A stretch of DNA of 64,000 bases from a virus, in the IMG/VR virus record IMGVR_UViG_3300024496_000011; one strand, 5' to 3'. The translations under genes and the position numbers were made by a program. Below the pieces are notes generated by a model. That model searched no databases. It had not been told where the DNA came from and was given only the letters and a program-made list of their open reading frames with translations. Shown here piece by piece: positions 37,398 to 47,929 of the stretch; within the stretch, counting starts at the first letter, position 1; the number at the start of each line of letters is the position of its first letter.

Positions 37398-38012
37398 TTA
37401 ACCTCCAATACTACCAATTAATTTTTTAAGACCATCAATAAATTGTAAAGGACTTACTGCTCCAGAAATAGGTCCAAAAATAAAATCACAATCCTCCAAC
37501 CAATTTCCAGGTCCTCTAATTTTAATATTTCCAGGAGAGGCAACTTGAACTTGTTTTTCTGCTGCAAGATTAATATTTGACGCTGCTTGAATATTAATAT
37601 TTGTTCTTGAATTAATTTCAATACCACCGTTGGCAGCAATTTGAACAAAACCAGTAGTATTACTACTACCACTAGCAATTAACTCAATGTCCTTTGCAAA
37701 TATTCTGATTCTACCATTTGGAGCACCTATAATCATATCACCATTTTTTGCATAGGTTACAAAAGAAACTCCATCAACAGGAGTGGTTCCACAAAGAATT
37801 TGGTATACTCCAGGGCATGAATTCCAAGTGGATCCATTAAATTTTCCAGAACTACCAAACCCCATAAAGTGATCAGATGCCTTAGATGGATTTGTATTGC
37901 GAATCAATGCTGCAAGTTTAGTTCCATCAAATGCAACATCACCAAATCTTAATTCACCTTGTGTTGTGCCTATACGAGAATAGTCCCAACTTGTTTGATG
38001 TCTATCACTCAT
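37398..38012 (-). CDS. gp5 C-terminal-like baseplate spike protein (204 aa)
   Basis: NGDMIIGAPNGRIRIFAKDIELIASG and GGIEINSRTNINIQAASNINLAAEK beta-helix-like repeats, directly after gp5. Confidence 0.5.
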   Translation of the reverse strand: MSDRHQTSWDYSRIGTTQGELRFGDVAFDGTKLAALIRNTNPSKASDHFMGFGSSGKFNGSTWNSCPGVYQILCGTTPVDGVSFVTYAKNGDMIIGAPNGRIRIFAKDIELIASGSSNTTGFVQIAANGGIEINSRTNINIQAASNINLAAEKQVQVASPGNIKIRGPGNWLEDCDFIFGPISGAVSPLQFIDGLKKLIGSIGG

Positions 38013-40324
38013 TCTCTTTTACCTACACAATCTACAACTTCCAAAATTCCAACTCCAGTATCTCTTCTAGTAATTAAATTATTTCCTCTTAAGAATCTAA
38101 AGACTGGTTTAATTATTGCATTATATCCAGTATTACTATCTATACCAATCTCTGGAAGTTCAGTAAATCCTATACCAGTATTTTCTATAGTAATACCAAT
38201 AAGTTGACCATTATACCCAAACTTTGGAGTTAATTTTGTTCCATTATCTGGAGTAACAACAATTTTATCCCCATCTTTATATCCAAATCCAGGATCAGTA
38301 ATTTTAACATCAACAAGCTCAGATATTACGGGATAAATTCCTAGGTTTGGATCTTGAATATCTTCTGGAGGACACTCTGGAGCAGTGCTTGTCGTATCAA
38401 AAGCAGCAACAAATGGAGACTGTCCTGCAAACTGAACATAGTCACCTGTTTTGATTTGCATGATCTCACCAGGACTGTATGGATACTCCCAATTACCATC
38501 AGATCTTCTTATTGTTGATTGACATCTACTTGCCCATACTCTTCCATCACCTCCTCTACTTCCATCTGGTTTAGGTAGATAGTCAGTTCCACTATCAATC
38601 ACAACAATTTTAGTAATTCCTTTCACAATCTCTCCTGGTTTTGGTCCGATATCAGTACCACCAGTTCCTCCAACAATTCCACCAGTACCACCAGTACCAC
38701 CAGTACCACCAGTTCCACCACCAGTACCATCAGTTCCAGTTGTCGGTGGTACATAAGGAACATCACCAATTTCAGCAATAGCAACGGCACCTTTTCCTTT
38801 TCCACAAGAATCTTCAATATTCACAAATGGTGCTTTTGTATATCCATATCCAGAAGAAACAATATCTATACCTAAGATGTCACCTGCAGCACTTACAATT
38901 GCATTTCCAGTAGCACCTTTTCCACCTCCACCCCAGAATGAAATTTTTGGTGGTCCACAAAGAATTGGTCCAACATTACAAGAGTCACCAACACCAGCAA
39001 TCATGGAATTAATATCAAGATTAAACTTGAAATTATTCGGATCTACTATTGATGTCGCTGAAGAAATAATTGATTTTGCTGAGTTCATAATTTTACTCAC
39101 ATCCAAAGAAATTCCTGGAGAAGAAGATCCTTCTAAAGGACTCCATTCGGTAACTTCAGCACATTCTGCTTTCACATCACAAGTAAGAAAATCTAAAAGA
39201 GAAGAAATAGCATCAAGAATAGAATCAATTAATCCTTTAATAGCAGAAATAGTTCCCAAAACAGCATTTAGAATACCATTAACTGCAGATAATATCTGAC
39301 CAATTATCTGACCAACTAATTCAGTCAAAAACTTTTCGACCGCACAGGTTGCCATATTAACATAACGGTCAACAATAGAAGTTAAAAATTTCTCTATTAG
39401 TCCAGCAAGATTATCTAAAATTTTATTAAAGAGGCAAAGAATTAAATCAATTGCTGTTGCTTTTTTTTCTTGAAGTTGAAATCTTTGATTTAAAAATGCT
39501 GCTGCTTTTGCCTTATTAAGAGCCCAATTAATGCCCCTAATTACCATATCTTTTATATAACCAATCAACCATTTTACATATCCAGTTATTTTATCAGCAA
39601 ATCCATTGATTACTGATTTGGCTTCGTTTAAAAAGTTTTCTGCATTTGAAAGGGCACTATTAGGTCCATTGAGTTTATTTCTTAAAGCCTCAATGTCTTT
39701 CTTCATATTCTTAAGACCATTATTGATAGCATTACTATCAAAAGGTTTACATGCAGACGGAACAGCAAAATTTGAAGCTAACTTTGCAAAGTCATCATCA
39801 GACTGAGAAAACTTACAATCTGCTCCTGCTCCATTCAAGTTTGCAACTTTTGATTCCGCAATATTTGACGAAGGAACAACTGCCCATTGGCCAAGTCCAG
39901 CAGAAAATCCAGATTTTGGTGTGCAACCTTTTTGATTCTGACCTTCTTTCTTTTCAGGAAAAACACATAAAGAGTTATTAATTAAACTGGTAATATAGTA
40001 CTGCTTATTAAATCTACTCTTATGAATATTTACAAAAGAATCTGCAGCAAGTGGCATATACATCTGTAGACCAGCTTGCCCTGAAGGAAAATCAGTCTGT
40101 CTTATTGCATCAATTAACTGATCTTCTGGAGTATCTCCAGAATTTAAAAAACACAAACGAACCTTATATCTTTCAGACCAACCTACAGCATCTTTTCCCT
40201 TCTCACCACCGCGATTAGGAATACAAAATTGTTTATAGGTTTCGGCAGATATTTGACCTATTCCAATATATTCATACTCTTTATCAAAATCAAAGATATA
40301 AGGTTTGTTTGAGTAAAATGTCAT
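38009..40324 (-). CDS. gp5: Baseplate hub subunit gp5-like (771 aa)
   Basis: N-terminal GW..RYKVR OB-fold motif; I..SGYGY...P repeats; ends VVDCVG, as in cyanomyovirus gp5. Confidence 0.7.
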   Translation of the reverse strand: MTFYSNKPYIFDFDKEYEYIGIGQISAETYKQFCIPNRGGEKGKDAVGWSERYKVRLCFLNSGDTPEDQLIDAIRQTDFPSGQAGLQMYMPLAADSFVNIHKSRFNKQYYITSLINNSLCVFPEKKEGQNQKGCTPKSGFSAGLGQWAVVPSSNIAESKVANLNGAGADCKFSQSDDDFAKLASNFAVPSACKPFDSNAINNGLKNMKKDIEALRNKLNGPNSALSNAENFLNEAKSVINGFADKITGYVKWLIGYIKDMVIRGINWALNKAKAAAFLNQRFQLQEKKATAIDLILCLFNKILDNLAGLIEKFLTSIVDRYVNMATCAVEKFLTELVGQIIGQILSAVNGILNAVLGTISAIKGLIDSILDAISSLLDFLTCDVKAECAEVTEWSPLEGSSSPGISLDVSKIMNSAKSIISSATSIVDPNNFKFNLDINSMIAGVGDSCNVGPILCGPPKISFWGGGGKGATGNAIVSAAGDILGIDIVSSGYGYTKAPFVNIEDSCGKGKGAVAIAEIGDVPYVPPTTGTDGTGGGTGGTGGTGGTGGIVGGTGGTDIGPKPGEIVKGITKIVVIDSGTDYLPKPDGSRGGDGRVWASRCQSTIRRSDGNWEYPYSPGEIMQIKTGDYVQFAGQSPFVAAFDTTSTAPECPPEDIQDPNLGIYPVISELVDVKITDPGFGYKDGDKIVVTPDNGTKLTPKFGYNGQLIGITIENTGIGFTELPEIGIDSNTGYNAIIKPVFRFLRGNNLITRRDTGVGILEVVDCVGKRE

Positions 40325-40326
40325 TA

Positions 40327-40542
40327 TTAATCTTCGTAAACTCTACATTCTAAAGCTGCTGGATTTTCGTCACAATATAATTCCAGGGGTGTTGGATCAT
40401 GATCATCATCTGGGTGACTAACCTGATATTTTTCTAATGAATCAAGTTCACCTTCCAAGTGTCTTCTTCTCTGTGAACTTGTATTAGGATTATCAAGTTC
40501 ATCTCTATCATCATTAATGTGTTGTTGAAGTGATCTTTCCAT
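40327..40542 (-). CDS. cp12: CP12 Calvin-cycle inhibitor protein
   Basis: C-terminal LELYCDENPAALECRVYED CP12 motif; no N-terminal cysteine pair, as in cyanophage CP12. Confidence 0.9.
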   Translation of the reverse strand: MERSLQQHINDDRDELDNPNTSSQRRRHLEGELDSLEKYQVSHPDDDHDPTPLELYCDENPAALECRVYED

Positions 40543-40553
40543 TTTAGGTTACC

Positions 40554-41825
40554 TTAAACTTTTACACCAAAAGAATCTCTAACTAGAGATAATCCAGTAT
40601 AAGTTTGTGTGGGAGAAATGTAATGACATAACTCCAATATCATATATATACCACTATCTTTGGGACTTCTAATCGGAGTATCCTTTGTAGACAGTTCTGG
40701 TAAGTCGCACTGAATAATATCTCCAGCATGTAAACTAAAGTCTGCTGGTATTTTGATTTCTGTCATAAAGTTTAATCTTTGTCGATAGTTTTGTATTGAT
40801 TGACCTATTGTTTCGGAAACATTGAAGTTTTCTTCTTTGGATTTTTTCAACTGTTGCTCCACAGAATCACCAGTTCCATATGCCATACCAATAGATTTTG
40901 GAGAAGCAAAGAAATTAGTTGGTTGTTTTGTATATTCGGTATAATCAGGAAGATCTAAACCTGCTAAAACTTTTCCAGCATCTTCAGCAATCAAAGGAGA
41001 ATTTTTTTCATAAACAAATTTGGTAAAATCAAAAGTTTCTGTAACAGATCCAAAGGCACTATAGTCTAACTGCTTTTCAACATCAGCAACTCTTACTGCA
41101 TTTGCATCTAAGATTTTATCATCATATCCTGCTGGTATTTCTTCATCAACTTTAAAGTTATAGATATATTTCTTGATTGGTTTCCCCTTAAATATCTCAT
41201 CTGCAGATTTGAAATGAAATCCTTTTGCAGTTTGCCAAAAGAAAAATCCAGCAGTCTTTCCACCTACCGTTGGAATTGCGATTGGTTGAAGTTCTAAGAT
41301 AACTTCAAATGGTTCTTTTCTTAATCCAAAATCAGAAAAAGTATTTAGAGTTTCACTAATGTCTAACTTCTTATCTGTTTTTAAATCATCCTTCAGAATA
41401 CTTTCAACTGTCTTGGAAATTTTACCGCTATATCTTTTCGTTACTCTATTCTTTAAAAGTTTATTATCTAAAAACTCTTTAGAAACAATTTGAGCAATAA
41501 AACTAGATGACTTAAAAGATCTTGTTTCAAAGTTTTTATGAGACAATCTTAATGAATTTCCGTCAGAAAAATCTAAAACATTTCCTACAGCATCAGTGTA
41601 CTTGAAGGAAACCTTTTCTCCTCCCTGAAGTTTAAGTGCTTCTGCTGCAGAAAGTCCAGATTGTCCAGTGTCAACAACGGCAGCACTAATTCTAATAGTA
41701 TGATCAATCATACTTTCACGATACTCAATTCTAGGAGCACCAGTTCTCACATCAAAAGAACTGCCACCAGTGTTTGATGATATTTCAAATAGATTTGCTG
41801 TAGATGCTTCCTTACTTCCAGGCAT
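40554..41825 (-). CDS. Baseplate hub protein (gp27/VgrG-like, 423 aa)
   Basis: YRESM.D.T.R....VVDTG, FFFWQT.KGFHFKS, GD.I.C..P...SGIYMI.ELCH; position upstream of gp5. Confidence 0.5.
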   Translation of the reverse strand: MPGSKEASTANLFEISSNTGGSSFDVRTGAPRIEYRESMIDHTIRISAAVVDTGQSGLSAAEALKLQGGEKVSFKYTDAVGNVLDFSDGNSLRLSHKNFETRSFKSSSFIAQIVSKEFLDNKLLKNRVTKRYSGKISKTVESILKDDLKTDKKLDISETLNTFSDFGLRKEPFEVILELQPIAIPTVGGKTAGFFFWQTAKGFHFKSADEIFKGKPIKKYIYNFKVDEEIPAGYDDKILDANAVRVADVEKQLDYSAFGSVTETFDFTKFVYEKNSPLIAEDAGKVLAGLDLPDYTEYTKQPTNFFASPKSIGMAYGTGDSVEQQLKKSKEENFNVSETIGQSIQNYRQRLNFMTEIKIPADFSLHAGDIIQCDLPELSTKDTPIRSPKDSGIYMILELCHYISPTQTYTGLSLVRDSFGVKV

Positions 41826-41849
41826 AGTTGTTATTTACCGTATTACTAT

Positions 41850-44800
41850 TTACACCACGGGTACAGGTGTTTCTATTGGGACAAAAGCAACTTTTTCAAT
41901 AAAGTAAATTGTGTCCGAAGTATCCGTCTTTCTTATGTCACTATTTGCAAAAGCAACTGTAGAAGAAGTTGGTTGAATTGGTGACAATGAAGCGTTTGCT
42001 CCAGGTCCTGCTGAGTTCCACAATAACCATTTACCATTTCTCCATTCATAATAACTTCCATCTGCTGCTCTTTTTTTCTCACCTTCTTTTGTTCCACTAC
42101 CCAATCCAAATTCTTTAACAGTTGCTCTGAGATATGTATTTGATGCATCTGTAACAGAAATTTCTTGATTTGTTCCTAAGAATCCTCCACCTTTTTTAAT
42201 AAATTTACCTGTTTCTGGGTCATAAACAACTCCTTTGTTACCTATTGGTGAAGGTGTTGATGTTGGTGGTTGGTTTGGTTGTCCTGGTGGATTTTGTTTA
42301 GGAGCAGATCTTAATTTTTCTACAGTTACATTGATAACTCCAGTAGAGTGACTTGCTATTTTACCAAATGCACCATGACTCAAATCTATTATTCTACCAA
42401 GTTTATCAAATCCACCAGTGTCATTAACTCTAACTACAACACTCTTACCATTTGCATTGTTTGTAACTTTTGCCCAAAATGGTTGTCTGCCGTCAAATCC
42501 AGGACTAATCATTGCAGCTGTCATTTTTTTAGAATCAAAAATTTCACCACTAGCAGTTTGTCTTCCTTCCCAATAACTATCATTTGGTCCCCCATAATAA
42601 CTTGCTTGTCCAGAAATCTTTTTTCCTGTTCCTTGTAAATCTGGAGGAACAACTGTTGCTTGTTGTCTTTGGTACTCAAGAATTTTTTGTGGATTTGCAG
42701 GTCCTCCACTTAAATGTCCAAGAAGATATAAGGTTCCTCTTTGATCTTGGATGATTGTTACATTTCCATACCCATCATATCTCGGATCTGTACCTTCTTT
42801 AACATACTTTACAAACTTAAGACCTCCAGTTAGTTTGATTGGCTTCCCTTCGGGCATTGCCCAATCTTCACCTGCGTGTGTTTTCCCCCATCTTGGACCC
42901 GGACCAGAAGTAATAACCCAAGAACTCATTGGTTTACCACCAACAATAATATTATCTCTAACATTGCTTGGAAGATCTGTTTTAGCACCTGTCAAATTTT
43001 CAAAGTGAATATGGGGACCTGTCGAGTATCCAGTTGAACCAACATATCCAATAACCTCACCTTTTACATCTATTCCATCCACACCATCTAATGAATCTCC
43101 CGGTGTAACTCCAGGAACAGTATCTTTACCATCCAAATTCAATTCTCTATTTAAGTTCTGAAGTATTTTTGATGCAGAACTCTCAATAGAAATTGCAAGA
43201 GCATTAGAAATAAATCTACCAATTCTTTCTCCAATACTTAACCCACTTCCAAGTTGCTTTGTTGGAACAGATCCACCATTTGCCATCGCAATGGTTTTGG
43301 AAATATCACCAAAAGAATTATTAAGTTCCATGTTTACTGCATTCTCAACAACAGAACCAAATACATCACCGATTGATCTTGCAAGTTTCTTATCTGGTTT
43401 TTGTCCGAGGGTCATGTCAATGCCAGCACCAAACATTGCACCAGCGAGTCCATTGATAGACCTCATCTTCTTCACATCTTCAGAACTTCTCTTCAGTGCT
43501 CTTAATGCGCTTTTCTTCCCTGGTTCATCTGTTCCATATAACTCTTCGATTCTTAATTTACCGCCAGAATCTTTTCCTGGTTGTGTTTTTTGAGACTGAA
43601 TTTTTGGTGGAGTTTTTCTTGGTATAGTTTTAAGTCTTCTACTAGGTTTAGATAAAGATTGATTTCTTCCACTAACAGTTCCACCTTGCGCTTTTGCTTG
43701 AACTGGTTTTGTATTATAACCAACAACAGTGTCATATAAAGCTTTACCAATCCAATCGCCAGCAAAACCACCAACAAACATTCCAACACCAGCACCAAGT
43801 CCAAATGTTGTTCCTCCAGCAAGAGCAATACCAATTCCTTGTCCTATAGCACTTCCCACTGCACCAGCAGCTGCTCTAGATGGTTTTTCACGAAACACAA
43901 CAGTATCAATAATAAAACCAATTAATGATCCAATAACTGGTACAGCAACCAATGATTTCAAAGATTGTTTTGCACCTTGAGTTGCTAACTGTTTTGTTGT
44001 TTGTTTTGCCGCTTGTTGAGCAGCGACTGATTGTTCAAATGTTAATTTTTTCCTTGCAAGTTGTGATGCAAAATCACCACCCGCTTTAGATTGACCGGGT
44101 AAACGATATCTTCCGGGAGTCATTGCAGTTCCAGCACCAAATCCTCCAGTTGGTTTTGGAACTACGCCACCTAAAGTTTTCGAAACACTTGCTCCCAAAC
44201 CACCAGCAGATCCACCTGGAGTTTTTGGCGCAGTGCTTGCAATCAACATTGCAGCACCAATTGCACCATTCAATACGACATTTAAGTTCTTTGAGAACTC
44301 ATCAAAAGTCTTCTGTGCTCCTTCTCCACCAATCTGTTTAACAAAGTCTCTTGTTTGGTCATATGCTTTATAACCACGATCAATAAAATCAACCACACCC
44401 TGAAGTAAATTTTTAGCAAATCCCTCAATAAATTTACCTACAGGTTCAAGAACTTTTCCAAACTCCATAAGTTTGGGAAGTAATTCTCCATATTGATTGA
44501 AAAGATAACCAAGTAAAGTAAATCCAATAAAACGATTAATTCTATCAAAGATACTTTGTCCAGGAATTGATCCTATGAAATCAGATTTAATATTATTTTT
44601 TTTAACTTTTTCTTCTAATTTTTTTTCTTTCTGTTCTCTTCTAGATTTTTCTTCTTCTTTTCTTTTTGTAGATGCTTCCCTTTGATCTAGTAAAAGATTG
44701 TTGTTTATAATCTTACTTAAACTTATAATTTTTTTCTTAACTACAACTAGACTTCCAGGTTCATCAGTTCCCTTTTTATCTACCGGTTTTAAATCAGAAC

Positions 44801-44912
44801 CTGTTATCTTTTTTACTGAGATACTTTTAACAGGTACAAGAAACTTTGGTTTCTCTATTGCACTACTTTCTTTACTTGGGGGTAAAAGTTTTTTGGAATC
44901 TATAACTGCCAT
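41850..44912 (-). CDS. Tape-measure/ejection-like protein with M23 peptidase (permuted) and RlpA-like lytic transglycosylase domains (1020 aa)
   Basis: GYVGSTGYSTGPHIHFE, then HAGED and LGHL (M23 motifs); GQASYYG...TASGE.FD...TAA...VVVRVNDTG...RIIDLS.GAF (RlpA double-psi barrel). Confidence 0.8.
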   Translation of the reverse strand: MAVIDSKKLLPPSKESSAIEKPKFLVPVKSISVKKITGSDLKPVDKKGTDEPGSLVVVKKKIISLSKIINNNLLLDQREASTKRKEEEKSRREQKEKKLEEKVKKNNIKSDFIGSIPGQSIFDRINRFIGFTLLGYLFNQYGELLPKLMEFGKVLEPVGKFIEGFAKNLLQGVVDFIDRGYKAYDQTRDFVKQIGGEGAQKTFDEFSKNLNVVLNGAIGAAMLIASTAPKTPGGSAGGLGASVSKTLGGVVPKPTGGFGAGTAMTPGRYRLPGQSKAGGDFASQLARKKLTFEQSVAAQQAAKQTTKQLATQGAKQSLKSLVAVPVIGSLIGFIIDTVVFREKPSRAAAGAVGSAIGQGIGIALAGGTTFGLGAGVGMFVGGFAGDWIGKALYDTVVGYNTKPVQAKAQGGTVSGRNQSLSKPSRRLKTIPRKTPPKIQSQKTQPGKDSGGKLRIEELYGTDEPGKKSALRALKRSSEDVKKMRSINGLAGAMFGAGIDMTLGQKPDKKLARSIGDVFGSVVENAVNMELNNSFGDISKTIAMANGGSVPTKQLGSGLSIGERIGRFISNALAISIESSASKILQNLNRELNLDGKDTVPGVTPGDSLDGVDGIDVKGEVIGYVGSTGYSTGPHIHFENLTGAKTDLPSNVRDNIIVGGKPMSSWVITSGPGPRWGKTHAGEDWAMPEGKPIKLTGGLKFVKYVKEGTDPRYDGYGNVTIIQDQRGTLYLLGHLSGGPANPQKILEYQRQQATVVPPDLQGTGKKISGQASYYGGPNDSYWEGRQTASGEIFDSKKMTAAMISPGFDGRQPFWAKVTNNANGKSVVVRVNDTGGFDKLGRIIDLSHGAFGKIASHSTGVINVTVEKLRSAPKQNPPGQPNQPPTSTPSPIGNKGVVYDPETGKFIKKGGGFLGTNQEISVTDASNTYLRATVKEFGLGSGTKEGEKKRAADGSYYEWRNGKWLLWNSAGPGANASLSPIQPTSSTVAFANSDIRKTDTSDTIYFIEKVAFVPIETPVPVV

Positions 44913-47008
44913 TATGATGCTCCTACTAGATCAGAAATACCCAATGACAATGCAATTTTTGATCTGGAATCATTATTACTTGAAATAATGAACTCAGGAA
45001 TTTTAGAACCTCTCGGAATAGAAGGTGTTTTAGTAGGTGATTTAATGGGTGGCAATACTGTATAAGTTGTTTTTGATACGATCACACGAGGACCTGGAGC
45101 AGGTGCTTTGGATTGTGGACCCATAGGAAATCCCATTCTTTTAGCATCATCTAGAGTTGGACTAAATGCTGGTTCAGGAAAAGCCATATCCATAAGAACA
45201 CTACCAACTCCACCACCAAGACCTTTTAAAACTTTAGGAGCAGATGAGAAAGATCTTAATGGTCTTTCTATTGCCTGACGAATTGCAGGAGTTGGTCCGG
45301 TCTTTACCATATTTGGAGTGAATGCCTTGAATGGATTCCACCCTCGATATCCAGTTGCACCAGATTGAAATGCTTTATTACTTCTCGTAATTTGTAAGGC
45401 ATCGTCACCAAATAGTGTTTTTGGATTTGGATTTTTTCTAGCATACTGTCCAAGTCCACCAAACTTTGCAGTATTTTCATTTGGAACTCTTACATTTCTT
45501 CCACGATTCCACCAATTCATAAATCCACGCATAGGATTAAATCCACTCCCACTGCTAGATGAAGTAGGAACAGTGTTAGAACCAATCATTCCACCACCTG
45601 CAGCGAACTGAATATTGTTTGCTATCTTTGGAATATTAGTTCCGCCAGCTTTTTTATTTAAATCTAAAAAGAAATTTGCTCCATGCTTATCAACTGCCTT
45701 TTTAGACATCACAACTTCACCTGGTTGTGCAGCAATTAATTGTGTATCAGGACCAGCACCTGTTATTTTTACACCACTATCGTTAGAAATTCCACCACCA
45801 CCTTCAAATGCAATATCATTTACATCAATTTCCCTATCAACTAAACCACCACCAAAGAAGGATCTTTTACCAACTAATCCTCCCCCATTGTAGTACATAG
45901 CGGACGGAGTTGGCAACCCTATTGGATTTTTAGGTCCGCCTGGAGCATTTAAACTTTGATTTGCAAATGATGCTCCAAGTTTTTGATACCAAGGAGTTTC
46001 TTTACTTTGTAATGTTTTATCTATTTCTTTTTGAGACTTCTGAGTGAGAGGTTTCATTCTCTCAGATTCTTTTATTTTTACAGCTCCACCAATAGCGGCC
46101 GCTGTATATAAACTTAACCAAGGATTAGCAGCAATAAATCTTCCAATTTGAGGAATAAATCCTCTGAGCATTTTAAGAGTAGTTCTTACAAACTTACCAA
46201 AAGGTGTAGCAAATAATCCATATGCAGTCAGTAATGCAGGCCACCAATCCTTTAAAAATCTACCAAGAGATTTTACTTTATCTGCATTCTTAGGATCACT
46301 AAACCATTTTACAAGTTGATTAAATGCATAACCAAGCAAAGTAAACTTAATAAATCTAAAGATGCGATCAAGTATTCCTTGAGCTGGAGCAATAATTTTC
46401 TTTGCAAGTGACTTTAATTGAGTTAGAGGTTTTTCTAGATCCCCTTCGCGTTGTCTTCTTCTACGATCTTCAGATTTCTTTTTCTCTTCTTCTGTTCTCT
46501 TTTTCTTTTCCTTATTTTGAAGTGTCAAACTTTTTAAAATATCATCCAGTGCTTTTTCAATATCTTGTATATCCTTAGAAGAATCTTGTGTTTCTGTAGG
46601 AGTTACTGGAACAATCGCTTTACTTGCAAGAAAAAACTTGTCTCTAGAAATTTGTATTGGTCCAGTTGTACCTATAGTTTCTGCTGTTATTTTTTTCTTA
46701 TTTAATTTAAATCTACCAGTTTTGCCCTTTACTCTTTTAAATTCACTGACAAGTAACTCATCTTCTTCAGTAGAAAGTTTCTTATCAAAACTTCTTGAAG
46801 CAACTAATTTTTCTTTCAGAAGAGAAGTGTATGTACCATAGTCAATATCAAAAACATCCTCTATCCCAAGAAGTTTTAAAATTCTTTCATCTATATTTTC
46901 ATCAACAAGATCCGTTTCTTTAGTACCTTCATACAAAGCAAGAGCGGATTCTTTCTTAGCTTCCGCTCTTATACTTGCAAGTAGGTCGTCCAGATCGTCA
47001 GGTCCCAT
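44912..47008 (-). CDS. Tape-measure/baseplate hub-like protein (698 aa)
   Basis: Charged coiled coil, hydrophobic segment, F.GGG motifs, GPDTQLIAAQPGEVVMSKKAV; follows gp51. Confidence 0.5.
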   Translation of the reverse strand: MGPDDLDDLLASIRAEAKKESALALYEGTKETDLVDENIDERILKLLGIEDVFDIDYGTYTSLLKEKLVASRSFDKKLSTEEDELLVSEFKRVKGKTGRFKLNKKKITAETIGTTGPIQISRDKFFLASKAIVPVTPTETQDSSKDIQDIEKALDDILKSLTLQNKEKKKRTEEEKKKSEDRRRRQREGDLEKPLTQLKSLAKKIIAPAQGILDRIFRFIKFTLLGYAFNQLVKWFSDPKNADKVKSLGRFLKDWWPALLTAYGLFATPFGKFVRTTLKMLRGFIPQIGRFIAANPWLSLYTAAAIGGAVKIKESERMKPLTQKSQKEIDKTLQSKETPWYQKLGASFANQSLNAPGGPKNPIGLPTPSAMYYNGGGLVGKRSFFGGGLVDREIDVNDIAFEGGGGISNDSGVKITGAGPDTQLIAAQPGEVVMSKKAVDKHGANFFLDLNKKAGGTNIPKIANNIQFAAGGGMIGSNTVPTSSSSGSGFNPMRGFMNWWNRGRNVRVPNENTAKFGGLGQYARKNPNPKTLFGDDALQITRSNKAFQSGATGYRGWNPFKAFTPNMVKTGPTPAIRQAIERPLRSFSSAPKVLKGLGGGVGSVLMDMAFPEPAFSPTLDDAKRMGFPMGPQSKAPAPGPRVIVSKTTYTVLPPIKSPTKTPSIPRGSKIPEFIISSNNDSRSKIALSLGISDLVGAS

Positions 47009-47174
47009 TTTGTTGCTGTTTTGTTTTTTCTTCTTCTAGATAATTTTTCAACATTGCAACATAAACATCCCTTTCCCAAGGCATCATGTTTTCAATTTCC
47101 CATAATGAATATTTATGATACTGAATCAAAGCAAAGTTCAACTTATAAAAATTTTCAAGGTCCATATGGACCAT
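46998..47174 (-). CDS. gp51: Baseplate hub assembly catalyst gp51
   Basis: Read manually (58 aa, below the track cutoff): MVHMDLENFYKLNFALIQYHKYSLWEIENMMPWERDVYVAMLKNYLEEEK... Confidence 0.85.
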   Translation of the reverse strand: MVHMDLENFYKLNFALIQYHKYSLWEIENMMPWERDVYVAMLKNYLEEEKTKQQQNGT

Positions 47175-47176
47175 AC

Positions 47177-47896
47177 TTATGCGAAAAAACTGGATAAACC
47201 CTCCAGAACAACTTCACTCTCAACTTCAGTTTTTGGATTCTTAACCTTCACTGAATGCGAAAGTTTAGGCATTGTTTCAAAGAACTTTTCAATCTGCTTG
47301 AACTGAGACGAATTCATTTGTTCTAAAAAGTCAATAAGTTCTTTCTTAGTGACATCGCCAGAAACCCAAATTTCATCTTCAGTATAAATTTTATCAATAC
47401 AACTTGCAACAAGATCAAAAGATTGATCCATATTTGCATCACCAGAAAAATCAAAATTATTTTTAATGAATTGATCCAATGAAGGATATTTCATTTCCAT
47501 AATAATATTATCATCTACTTTAATTTTATTTGTATGATCTTCATTCTTTTGAATTTTGATTTCATCAATATTAATTTTTACGGAAACATAAGTTTCCCCA
47601 TCATCCGGACAAATAATATTAACTTCGACTTCTTCTCCTACAGATTTACCTCGAATATTTAAAAAGAGATATTCAATATCAAAAGTAGGTAACGATTCTA
47701 CTTTAATATTTTTTGTTAGAATACAACTTTTAATTACATTTTTAATTGCTGTTGTAATCTCTTTGGTATTCTCGCTTTCTAATGCAAGAACAAGAAGTTT
47801 TTCTTCCTTAACTAAAAAAGGTCTATATTGAATTTCTTTTCCAGTAGAAGGAAGTTCCAACTCATATGTTGGTGTAGAGATCTTTGGTAAAGGCAT
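47177..47896 (-). CDS. gp26: Baseplate hub subunit gp26
   Basis: MPLPKISTPTYELELPSTG..I.YRPFLVKEEKLL...FDIEYLFLNIRGKSVGE; late promoter AATAAATA at ~47924-47931. Confidence 0.9.
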   Translation of the reverse strand: MPLPKISTPTYELELPSTGKEIQYRPFLVKEEKLLVLALESENTKEITTAIKNVIKSCILTKNIKVESLPTFDIEYLFLNIRGKSVGEEVEVNIICPDDGETYVSVKINIDEIKIQKNEDHTNKIKVDDNIIMEMKYPSLDQFIKNNFDFSGDANMDQSFDLVASCIDKIYTEDEIWVSGDVTKKELIDFLEQMNSSQFKQIEKFFETMPKLSHSVKVKNPKTEVESEVVLEGLSSFFA

Positions 47897-47929
47897 AATG
47901 ACCTATAGATGTTTCAGTGTGATTATTTA

